DNA of 64,000 nucleotides from a virus (Duplodnaviria; Heunggongvirae; Uroviricota; Caudoviricetes): IMG/VR virus record IMGVR_UViG_3300006204_000001. The stretch is one strand, 5' to 3'. A program made the translations under genes and the position numbers. The notes under the pieces are model-generated. The model searched no databases, was not told the origin of the DNA, and saw nothing but the letters and a program-made list of their open reading frames with translations. Positions 20,049-29,845 of this stretch are shown in pieces. How positions within the stretch are numbered: the stretch's first letter is position 1; the number at the start of each line of letters is the position of its first letter.

Positions 20049-21101
20049 TTATTTCCAATCTCTTTTATTATCGATATGATCCTCTTCTTTTTTCTTTTTC
20101 TCTTCTTCATTATTAATAACATCTGATGCTTTAAGTTTAGAATTAATCTTATTATCTCTATCTTTATTTGCATCATCTACTACTTTATCAACATCCTGTT
20201 TTACAGATTCAATAAGATATGATGATGAATTATCATTAACTACAATACCCTTACCAAATCTAATTCTAGTAACACACTCATTAAATGCACTACTTTCCAT
20301 CTTTAATGTTTTATCCATCATATTAATTACAGATTCTCTAATAGCTAATCCAATCATTTCATCCTGTATGCTTTCTGTAATTTCTACATTTTCTTTCATA
20401 AATTGTTTATTAATATAATGAAGAGCTATAGATGTAACAGATTCAGTCTGTTCCTCAATTTCAGCTACTGGTTTAGGATCAAATTTCATTTCATCAGATT
20501 GTTGTCTATCTTCAATTTCTTTAGTGATATCATTTACAATCTGTTTTTTAGCTTTATCTTTAAGGATATCCATAAAATTATCATAATCCCGATAATCTTC
20601 AATATCCACAATATTATCATTTATTTCAGGATTTGTTTCTACATCTGGAACCTCTGGTTCAGGAATATCAATCTTTTTATCTTTAGCATCTTTTAATTTT
20701 TCATCAGCTTCTTTCATATATTCATCACCGATAAGTTTAGTCATATATTTAATATATTCCAACATAGGTGATTTAGTATTATCTGATGATGATTGAATAT
20801 ATTGTGTAGCGTTCATTCCTTTACTAGCTAATAGGTTAGAAACATCATTAGCTAATAAACCTTTATTGTTATCAATAAACTCTTTATCAAGTGGAAGTAT
20901 ATGACAATAAAGATCTACAATAATACGTTTTCTACAATTATCAACTAATTCATCTCTACACTTTAATGCTTTCGCTTTCCATGCATCGGCTCCAATATCT
21001 GAACAAACTGGTATTGTTAGTGGTTTAGTTGTGTTATTCAATCCATCTTTTAAATTGTCATACATCGTTCCTAAATCTGTTGTATTAGTACTATAATCCA
21101 T
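20049..21101 (-). CDS. probable virion/head-associated protein
   Basis: 350 aa, acidic; several hydrophobic-x-E-S sites; late-type motif upstream. Confidence 0.5.
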   Translation of the reverse strand: MDYSTNTTDLGTMYDNLKDGLNNTTKPLTIPVCSDIGADAWKAKALKCRDELVDNCRKRIIVDLYCHILPLDKEFIDNNKGLLANDVSNLLASKGMNATQYIQSSSDNTKSPMLEYIKYMTKLIGDEYMKEADEKLKDAKDKKIDIPEPEVPDVETNPEINDNIVDIEDYRDYDNFMDILKDKAKKQIVNDITKEIEDRQQSDEMKFDPKPVAEIEEQTESVTSIALHYINKQFMKENVEITESIQDEMIGLAIRESVINMMDKTLKMESSAFNECVTRIRFGKGIVVNDNSSSYLIESVKQDVDKVVDDANKDRDNKINSKLKASDVINNEEEKKKKEEDHIDNKRDWK

Positions 21102-21139
21102 TTTACTTTCCTCCTATATAAATACTTTTACTAACTCGG

Positions 21140-23893
21140 TTAAACTTCTTCAATGAATTCAATGCTATTTTCATCTATACGAATCATCTCAGGTACATAT
21201 GTTGATAATTGTGATCTATTCATTTTAGATGTATCATTTTCTTTAATAAATATAGATTGTTTATTAGCATCATAATCATTAAATCCTAAGAAACGTAAAT
21301 ATCTTACATTTGAATTATTTTCTTTTATCATATGAATCAAATCTGATACATGCACGTCTGTTAATGTTCCATTATCTAAAGATTCAAAATATAATTTTAA
21401 ATCATTTATAATAGAAGAAACAGTCTGTGTATATAAAGATCTATCATATACTGATAATACAAATCGTATTTTTAGATAAACATTATCTAACAATATATCA
21501 GAATCCCAAATTGTATCAGAGCCATCTTTAGGTCCAATAAAATAATTTGTTGATCTTCCATATGTGTTATATAATTTATAATCTAAAGTTGCATTACCAC
21601 TACCTTTCATTTTAGATAATACTGGTTCTATCGCATTATATTGCTCACTAAATGCTCTAATAAAATATGTCATCTTTTCTTCATCTAAAGGTATATCATA
21701 TTTTAAAAATGGAATTAATGATGCATTAATTGTATAATTATTATTCTCACCTTCGAATGTAATTACAGATTTCATCATTGATAATGGTTTATATAATATT
21801 AAATCTCTATTTGCATTTGCAAATCTGTTAGCTACTAAATAACCATCATATGTAGGATCATCAAATAAACTTGTAGTCATGCTTCCTTTTATATCTTTCA
21901 TTAAACATATAAAATGAAATGATGTTTCCTGTGAATCAATAATTATCTTTCCTTTATTTATTCCATGTGATATTAATGATTTCATAGTAGGTGTTCTGTC
22001 TATATCTACAGATAAAGTCATATCTGTACTAATATTATCATCTACAGCTATATATGTTTCAAATAATATAGCGCCACCTTTTCTTATTTCTATAGGAGTC
22101 ATTTCAATATAACCTGTTTCTCCTTCAGAATTACATCTAGTTACTAATATTAATCGAAGTTTATTATCATTAATATCGTATCCATCTCCAATACCCTCTA
22201 CATATTTAAATTTTTTATCAGTAGTTATAGTAGGAACACAGATAACTTGTAATTTATATTTATTGCTATTCTTACTTGATAATGATCTTTCTACACTAAA
22301 TGTAGCTAATTGAAATTGATAAAATGAATTTGGGTTACTATATAAATCTTCTGGCCATGAAGTATCATTAATTAAATAATTATAATTCATGGATATAGTA
22401 GGATCCCTATAAATTTTTATATAGAAAGGATTAGTAAACATATATGGTCTATTTGTACCAGTTGGTGGTAAAGTTTCATCAGTTACCATTGCTAATCCTT
22501 CTGTACTATTTATCATTCTTACAGTAGATCTAGAATCATCAATATATTCCCATAAATGACCAGGTTTAATAATAAATTCTTCATTAATACCTGCAGCATT
22601 GTTATTAATAAAATCAAATTGATCATGTTCTACTATAATATTCAATGTATTAGTAGGATAAATATAACTATCATTTGTAATAGCTATAAATTGTGAAAAT
22701 AATGTTCCTGATGGATCATCTCTTCGTTTAAAGAATTTTGATCTACTATTATATCGTTTACCATAATTTTCAAACCACAGATTTAGATCATGATCTGATA
22801 TTAATGTATTACTTGTATTATGTAATAATATTACATCATTTCTCAATGATTCAATATCACCTTTATCTAATCCACCATTCGATCCGCTATAACATAATGC
22901 TACCATTTTTGTTTGTGCATTATATGAATATCTTTTACCTGTTTTTTGTACAGCTACACCCGATTTTGAATTATATTGATCAAAATTAGATTTACTTCCA
23001 TTACACATATAAATTATGGATTCTATCTTACTGTTAAACTCAGGAGAAAAATATCCTGAATTACTAGAGAATGATAATTTAATGATATTATCAGTTTCAA
23101 ATCTATACCATGCAAATGGTTCTATTTCTGCTTTTGTATATTGATTCTTTAATTTTATTTTTCTTCTTAAGCCTGTAGGAGTAATATATGTAACATCTAA
23201 TCCAGCTATTTGTCTAGTCCACTTTAACTCAACATCACTATTTACTGTAACAAGATTATCTGTAATAGATTTAGTTATAGTCTTTCTTTCAAATTCTTTA
23301 AGATCTACAAACAAAACTAACCAATCAATACTTGTTACTTGATGTTTAATATATTTAGATGCAATATCAGATATACTATTTTCTTCACTCATATCATAGT
23401 AAACATTAAATATATACTTACCTCCTATAGATTGATATTCTATTATAATATCATAATCTAATCTATATGAGTTATCATTAAGAATTAAACGTGTATCTTT
23501 GTCTAATACATATCTAAATTTACTACTATTTTGTACTTTAGTAGCATATTTCATTACATCTGGTAACCATATTTGTAAACCGAAATTACATGTAGATGGT
23601 TTTGCAAATGTGTATCCTTTATCATATAATGAAGCTTCTGAATAAATAGAGTTTGGTAATACTGCTCTAGTTATAAAAGATTCATTTATCATAAGAGATC
23701 CAGTTGCATATGCATCTTCTATAGCTTGTGACATATATTCTGATACTATACCAGTAAATCCTAAATTCAATTTTTCCATTGGAATATTAGGATATGCTTT
23801 AGGAATCATTACATTTTGAACATATTCTTTTATAGCAAAATTACTAGTATAGTCTTTTATAACATTACCATTTTTATTTGTTTCTAATGACAT
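21140..23893 (-). CDS. probable baseplate wedge protein (gp6/J-like)
   Basis: 917 aa; N-terminal ESFITRAVLPNSIY; YMCNGSKSNF and SNGGLDKGDIESLR motifs typical of wedge proteins. Confidence 0.65.
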   Translation of the reverse strand: MSLETNKNGNVIKDYTSNFAIKEYVQNVMIPKAYPNIPMEKLNLGFTGIVSEYMSQAIEDAYATGSLMINESFITRAVLPNSIYSEASLYDKGYTFAKPSTCNFGLQIWLPDVMKYATKVQNSSKFRYVLDKDTRLILNDNSYRLDYDIIIEYQSIGGKYIFNVYYDMSEENSISDIASKYIKHQVTSIDWLVLFVDLKEFERKTITKSITDNLVTVNSDVELKWTRQIAGLDVTYITPTGLRRKIKLKNQYTKAEIEPFAWYRFETDNIIKLSFSSNSGYFSPEFNSKIESIIYMCNGSKSNFDQYNSKSGVAVQKTGKRYSYNAQTKMVALCYSGSNGGLDKGDIESLRNDVILLHNTSNTLISDHDLNLWFENYGKRYNSRSKFFKRRDDPSGTLFSQFIAITNDSYIYPTNTLNIIVEHDQFDFINNNAAGINEEFIIKPGHLWEYIDDSRSTVRMINSTEGLAMVTDETLPPTGTNRPYMFTNPFYIKIYRDPTISMNYNYLINDTSWPEDLYSNPNSFYQFQLATFSVERSLSSKNSNKYKLQVICVPTITTDKKFKYVEGIGDGYDINDNKLRLILVTRCNSEGETGYIEMTPIEIRKGGAILFETYIAVDDNISTDMTLSVDIDRTPTMKSLISHGINKGKIIIDSQETSFHFICLMKDIKGSMTTSLFDDPTYDGYLVANRFANANRDLILYKPLSMMKSVITFEGENNNYTINASLIPFLKYDIPLDEEKMTYFIRAFSEQYNAIEPVLSKMKGSGNATLDYKLYNTYGRSTNYFIGPKDGSDTIWDSDILLDNVYLKIRFVLSVYDRSLYTQTVSSIINDLKLYFESLDNGTLTDVHVSDLIHMIKENNSNVRYLRFLGFNDYDANKQSIFIKENDTSKMNRSQLSTYVPEMIRIDENSIEFIEEV

Positions 23894-23906
23894 TTATTTT
23901 TCCTCC

Positions 23907-25952
23907 TTATGCTAATAATGAAGCTTGTGGTTTTCCACCACCTCCAGTTTTATTTTTATCTTCTTTATATTTTACCTTCTTTCTTTCATTATCAATATAT
24001 ACTCGTGAATATAATAAATTATCTGTTAATCTTTTATCACTTGGCTTTTTAAATTTCAATCTTAATCTGGTATCTTGTGTAGCATAATTAACACCATCTG
24101 CAACTAATGCTGCTGCTTTATTTGCATAACGAATTTCTATAAATGGTGCTCCCACAAATGGTCTTGCTGAATGACCTATATATGGATTGAATTGTGATAC
24201 AGCATTTACATTTTGATCTTTTATAATACCTGAATCTTTATTAAATTCAATTAATGATACTATATTCATTGGATCTTTAAATGCATATTGGAATGTAATA
24301 TTAACTTTTCTTGATCCAGTAGACATATCATCTGATGACCATGATAATGCAGATATAGGTACATTAATAGGAAATATTCCATAATATTTAACCCAATATA
24401 AAATATCTCCTCCATCTGGTCCGCATACAAATACATATGCTGATGATGCATAGTCTAATGTTTTTGTATATACATAACTTGCATTTATTTGATTAGATAC
24501 TGCTGATGTTCCAAATAAATTATAAGATGGACTCCATAATCCATTAGCAACATTTGATATATATCGTGTCCATAATGTAGTTAAATTAATTATGGATAAA
24601 TCAGATATTTCTGTAAATGAGCATGTAAATGTACCACCTTTTGTTCCTGTATATGTATCACCATATGGTACAGAATGTTCATTCCAAGATTTTCCTACTT
24701 CGGTTACATTTAAAGAATCATCTGTTAATTCAAATGAATTTACCTGATTTGATAATAAAAAATTAAAATTATCATCATCACCACATCTTTTATAGTTCGT
24801 TAATAATTTAAATAAATCAGGATTTCTTCTCCATATCATATATGTAGATGTATTATTTTTTACCTGTGAATTAGCTGTTCCAGGTTGAGCATCAGATTTA
24901 TATGTTAATAAATTTAAATCTGGTCTAGTGAAGAAAACATATGTTACTAATTTACTCATAGCTAAATTGGTATCAGGAGTTTTCCATCTATTATACGTAT
25001 AATATTTCATAGCTCTAGCTATATTATTATTTCCATGAATTGGAATACCATATACAGCTCTAGCTTCAGTTAATTTATCTTCTAATGTTACCATAGTTTG
25101 GTATCGTTCATCACCAGGTATAATTTGGTAATCATACTTAGCAGATAATAATTCATTTGTAGATGGAGATTGATAATAAGGAAATAAATATCCGTTTTGA
25201 ATTAATTCTTTATTTTCTTTTAATAATTCTGCTTTTTTATCTTCATTTTCTATAATAGTTTTTTGTACAGATGATTTTCCATCATCAATTTTTACAGAAT
25301 TAGATCCTACACTTTTTAATTCTTCAGATGTTAAATTCCTAAATCCAATTTTACCATTATTTACATAAGTAATAGGTTCTGTAATCCCCATTGATGTATC
25401 AAATAAAGATTCTTTTTGTTTTAATGTAGATGGTATATCATCTACTCTATTGTATCCACTTTTTTTACCAGTAGTAATATCACTTATAGGAATAATATTT
25501 CTATTAGTAACAACTTTCGTATCATCTTTCTTTTTAATAACATCTATAGCTACATTAAGCAAATTTTCTATTGGAGATGTATTAATATCTTCTGGATTTC
25601 TTATACCTACTAAATCCTTTTTAGGTATAATTGGTTTTATACTATAACCTATATCAGCTATAGGTTCAAATACAGCAACAAGATCTTTATTAGAACCTCT
25701 GATAATATTTTTACTTTCTTCTTCTTTAATAGTAGCTATAACATTACCAAGATTATCTGTTACAACTAATTTTTTATTATCATTATCATCTTTTACTTCT
25801 TCTATTTTTGCCCATGAATTTGATCCATCTATATACGGTTTTAATTTTATTTTACTAGTATCATTAAGATTTTCTAATATAGAAGAATCAAATTGTATAT
25901 AATCTCCTTTTGCAATTTCTATTTTATTTTTCTTACCTACGTCTTTTTCCAT
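23907..25952 (-). CDS. probable tail-tube-fold baseplate protein
   Basis: YVFFTRPDLNL...YWVKYYGIFP...VNITFQY; adjacent to the wedge gene. Confidence 0.55.
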   Translation of the reverse strand: MEKDVGKKNKIEIAKGDYIQFDSSILENLNDTSKIKLKPYIDGSNSWAKIEEVKDDNDNKKLVVTDNLGNVIATIKEEESKNIIRGSNKDLVAVFEPIADIGYSIKPIIPKKDLVGIRNPEDINTSPIENLLNVAIDVIKKKDDTKVVTNRNIIPISDITTGKKSGYNRVDDIPSTLKQKESLFDTSMGITEPITYVNNGKIGFRNLTSEELKSVGSNSVKIDDGKSSVQKTIIENEDKKAELLKENKELIQNGYLFPYYQSPSTNELLSAKYDYQIIPGDERYQTMVTLEDKLTEARAVYGIPIHGNNNIARAMKYYTYNRWKTPDTNLAMSKLVTYVFFTRPDLNLLTYKSDAQPGTANSQVKNNTSTYMIWRRNPDLFKLLTNYKRCGDDDNFNFLLSNQVNSFELTDDSLNVTEVGKSWNEHSVPYGDTYTGTKGGTFTCSFTEISDLSIINLTTLWTRYISNVANGLWSPSYNLFGTSAVSNQINASYVYTKTLDYASSAYVFVCGPDGGDILYWVKYYGIFPINVPISALSWSSDDMSTGSRKVNITFQYAFKDPMNIVSLIEFNKDSGIIKDQNVNAVSQFNPYIGHSARPFVGAPFIEIRYANKAAALVADGVNYATQDTRLRLKFKKPSDKRLTDNLLYSRVYIDNERKKVKYKEDKNKTGGGGKPQASLLA

Positions 25953-26008
25953 AAAGAACCTCCTAATAAGATTTAAGTTATCCTTAGGTAAAGGAGGTTA
26001 TAAAGATT

Positions 26009-29000
26009 ATGGGAGAACTTATTGGTAGAGAGATTATCTTAACTAGAACTTATATTGATCCTGATGCTCCAAGTAAATTGAATCTTAACTACAAATATAC
26101 TTATCCACAATCTGTTTATGCAGCTATTCATCAAACGATGGATGAAACTAGTCCAACTTTAGAAGATGAATTAGCTGCTATTTATCGTTTAATAAATGAT
26201 AAACAAGATATAATAGATAGTGGATTACCTGGTCAAGTAATGTTATGGTCTGGGGTTAGAGGACAAATTGGTTCAATGGAAGTTGTTCGAACTATTAATG
26301 CTGACCCAGGTCAGAGATCTAATAGTAAATTAGCTTCTGAAAGAGCGATTGGATCTTTACTTGATAACAAAGTAAACATTGTTGATTTTAATATGCATTC
26401 AAGCAATACATCAATTCATATATCCGATGTAGAAAGAACTAGATGGAATCAAATGGCTCCATTAAGTACTTTACAAGCTCATATGGCAAATCTAAATGCT
26501 CATATAACAGAAGCTGATAGAAAGAGGTGGAATGCAAAAGCAGATGGTACTGTTGTAGATGATCATATTTACAATGTATCAAATCCACATAATGTAACAG
26601 CTCATCAGGCTGGAACATATACTCAGAGAGAGATTGATGAGATGTTTGAAAATCTTAGAGAATCATTCTTCAATTATAAGAATATTTTCTGGGATGATAG
26701 AAATAATCAAGCAAAATTAACTGATTATGTTGCATCACAATGGAATCCAAATTATATTCTTGAATTCGCTGATACATTACCTGATGTACCAGATCCATCA
26801 TTAACATATTTTGCACTTAAACCAGCTACTGATTATAATATAAATGAGACAGGTGATTGTATTATTTATATTAAATCTCCTGGATTATCATGGCAGGAAG
26901 TTGGACTTGAAACAATGAGTCCTGGTGATATGGTAATTCAATATCCTGATACTATAATGTATGTATGGATTCAAGGTAGATTCATGAAATTATTTGCAGG
27001 TGAAAGTAATGATGTAATTGCTGGTGATGGTACTAGTGATCAATTATGGAAACCTATATTCAATTCTGAAACAGGAATGTTATCATGGGTTAGAGCTAAA
27101 GCTGATCAAGATCCACCTGCTCCAATGAAAGTAAAAGGTGAAGATGGATATACTCCTGTAAAAGGTGTTGACTATGATGATGGTAAAGATGGTGAAGGAT
27201 TAGCTGTAGGTGGTAAAGCAGGTGAATTACTTGTAAAACTTACAGATGAAAATTTCGATACTACATGGACAACTATAGTTGATATATTGAATAATTTAGT
27301 AGTGGCTGGAACAACTTTACCAGACGGATTAGTTAATTGGGATGGAATTAATGGTAGACCTATATGGTATAATGAATTAGGTCCTAATGAGGATGGATTT
27401 ATTACTCAATCTGCAGCAACAAGACAATTCGAAATTATTGGTAATGATATTAATAGAATAAAAGAAATGTTAGATGGGGAAAGTAGTAATAGTCAGAATA
27501 TTTACGATCATGTGAATAATTATGATAATCCTCATAGAGTAACATGTGCAAAAATAGGTGCTGTGGATAATGCTACATTCTTATCTCATACGCAGAACTT
27601 TAATAATCCACATAATGTAACAGCAGCACAGGTTGGTTTAGGAAAGGTAGATAATACATCTGACTTAGAGAAACCAATATCAGTTGCAGTACAAGCAGCA
27701 ATCGATGAGATTAATAGAAAGATTGCATCAGTAACTACAGATGTTGATGATTCTAATTATATTGTCAATGCTGAATGGAAAGATAGTACATGTGATATTA
27801 TATTTACATTTAAAGATGATAGTGAACTTGCAGTTCATGTTCCTATACCTGATATATTCCAAGATATTACATATGATAATAACAGTAAAGAATTAGTAAT
27901 TACATTACCTGATGGAACAGAAAATCGTATTGATGTAGGTGGATTAATAGTTAATTACTTTGGATCTAAATCAACACATATTCAGGTTATTGTAGATGAA
28001 GATGATCATACTATTTCAGCTACAGTTGTTCCTGATAGTATAGGAGAGTATGAAATCACACCTTCTGTACATTTAAGAGGAGCACCTACTACAGTAACTC
28101 AACCTGTTAATGATAGATCTACTAGATTAGCTACTACAGAATTTGTGAAAGGCATTGTAATTGATAATTTATCATCATATGAAACAGATAGACCATTATC
28201 TGCAAATATGGGTAGAATATTAGATCAGAATAAAGCTGATATAGAAGATATCATTCAAATTGTAAATGATCTTAAAGGTATTGAAGTTATCGATAGTCTT
28301 GAATCTACTAATCCATTAGCATCACTTTCAGCTAATATGGGTAGATATCTTGATAATGTAAAATCGCCTACTGTACATACATCGCCTTCTGGTTCAACAT
28401 ATGGTAGAGCAACTATATCATTATTTGGACATGCAAGAGCATCGGATGAAGATCCTGAGATGGATGGTACAGTATTTAGAGGTATTGATAATGGATACTT
28501 TGCTCGTGAAGGTCATAGACATCCTACAGATATAACTAGAGCACCAATTCATTGGCCTGATCTTGAACATAATCAGGTTATTATGACAGGTGAACCTAGA
28601 GCAGAAACACCGCCTGATGATTCTAATGATACAAGAATAGCTACTACAGAATGGATTAGAAGAAATGCTGTTGGAGTATCATTTGGTAGATGTTCTACTC
28701 CTACTACTATGGTAGAAAAAATAGTTGTACTCGAATCAACATATTTAAATGATCCTGTATTTGATCTACAAAAAGGATCTACAGTATGTTGTACATTTGC
28801 ATTTGATGCTACTCCTTATGGTGTAGATAAAGCAGCAAATAAAACAGAAGTAGATTATAAACTTAATGTACAGAATACAGGTGCATATCCAATTAGATAT
28901 GGTGGTCAATTATTAAGATCAGAAATGATCAAAGCAGGTTACAGTTATACATTTACATGGGATGGAATGTATTGGCAACTACAAAATCCTACAGCAACAC

Positions 29001-29821
29001 AAACATTACCTGATTCAGATTATTCTAATTCATTGGTATCATCAGAATGGGTAAGAAGAAATTCTGTAGGTGTAAACTATGGAGTATGTACAACTTATGG
29101 TACTACAAAAGATAAAGAAGCAACATTGTATTCAACATTCTGTAATCCTGTGGCGTTTTTAAGACAACAAGGTAGTTCTGTAGCTATCATGTTTTCTGAA
29201 ACAGATTCATCATCATTGGCTAATGTTACTACATTAAATGTTAATGGTACAGGAGCTGCTATAGTTAAATATGGTGGAAGAAATTTACCATCAGGATATT
29301 TAGGAGCTAACTATTGTCATATGTTTGTATTTGATGGAATATATTGGCAATTAATTAATCCTGCTGATCCTAAGAAACAAACTGAAGGTGGAGCATGGGA
29401 AGAAGGTCCTGTTAAAGTATTAAATCAAGCATCTGGTATATTTGGTTTAACTACTATAGGTGATACTGATAGTAATGCTAGAATAGATCCAGATGGTAAT
29501 GTAAACAAGATTTGGTTTAATTTATCATATTCGCCTAGAGATGATTCTGATCAAGTTTCAATTAAGTTCTGGGATAGTAATCATGATAAATCAGAGATGG
29601 CTGATGCATGGGCAGCTTTAATGGGTAATGGATCTATTATTAACCTTAATACAATTAATCAAAATGGAACTCCTATATTTATTGATCCTAGGGTAATTAA
29701 TATTGGACACAATGGATGTACACTTGAGTTCACAATGAAAGGAGATAATAGTTATCCTGTTAATGCTCCTTGTCAGTTATTATATAGAACAAATAAAGCA
29801 TGGTATGAAGTGCTTCCATAA
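26009..29821 (+). CDS. large tail-fibre-like virion protein
   Basis: NPHNVT repeats, GLGKVDNTSDLEKPIS, GYTPVKGVDY, LSANMGR, RIATTEW motifs. Confidence 0.7.
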   Translation: MGELIGREIILTRTYIDPDAPSKLNLNYKYTYPQSVYAAIHQTMDETSPTLEDELAAIYRLINDKQDIIDSGLPGQVMLWSGVRGQIGSMEVVRTINADPGQRSNSKLASERAIGSLLDNKVNIVDFNMHSSNTSIHISDVERTRWNQMAPLSTLQAHMANLNAHITEADRKRWNAKADGTVVDDHIYNVSNPHNVTAHQAGTYTQREIDEMFENLRESFFNYKNIFWDDRNNQAKLTDYVASQWNPNYILEFADTLPDVPDPSLTYFALKPATDYNINETGDCIIYIKSPGLSWQEVGLETMSPGDMVIQYPDTIMYVWIQGRFMKLFAGESNDVIAGDGTSDQLWKPIFNSETGMLSWVRAKADQDPPAPMKVKGEDGYTPVKGVDYDDGKDGEGLAVGGKAGELLVKLTDENFDTTWTTIVDILNNLVVAGTTLPDGLVNWDGINGRPIWYNELGPNEDGFITQSAATRQFEIIGNDINRIKEMLDGESSNSQNIYDHVNNYDNPHRVTCAKIGAVDNATFLSHTQNFNNPHNVTAAQVGLGKVDNTSDLEKPISVAVQAAIDEINRKIASVTTDVDDSNYIVNAEWKDSTCDIIFTFKDDSELAVHVPIPDIFQDITYDNNSKELVITLPDGTENRIDVGGLIVNYFGSKSTHIQVIVDEDDHTISATVVPDSIGEYEITPSVHLRGAPTTVTQPVNDRSTRLATTEFVKGIVIDNLSSYETDRPLSANMGRILDQNKADIEDIIQIVNDLKGIEVIDSLESTNPLASLSANMGRYLDNVKSPTVHTSPSGSTYGRATISLFGHARASDEDPEMDGTVFRGIDNGYFAREGHRHPTDITRAPIHWPDLEHNQVIMTGEPRAETPPDDSNDTRIATTEWIRRNAVGVSFGRCSTPTTMVEKIVVLESTYLNDPVFDLQKGSTVCCTFAFDATPYGVDKAANKTEVDYKLNVQNTGAYPIRYGGQLLRSEMIKAGYSYTFTWDGMYWQLQNPTATQTLPDSDYSNSLVSSEWVRRNSVGVNYGVCTTYGTTKDKEATLYSTFCNPVAFLRQQGSSVAIMFSETDSSSLANVTTLNVNGTGAAIVKYGGRNLPSGYLGANYCHMFVFDGIYWQLINPADPKKQTEGGAWEEGPVKVLNQASGIFGLTTIGDTDSNARIDPDGNVNKIWFNLSYSPRDDSDQVSIKFWDSNHDKSEMADAWAALMGNGSIINLNTINQNGTPIFIDPRVINIGHNGCTLEFTMKGDNSYPVNAPCQLLYRTNKAWYEVLP

Positions 29822-29845
29822 AATATAGAAAGGAGATAATGAAAA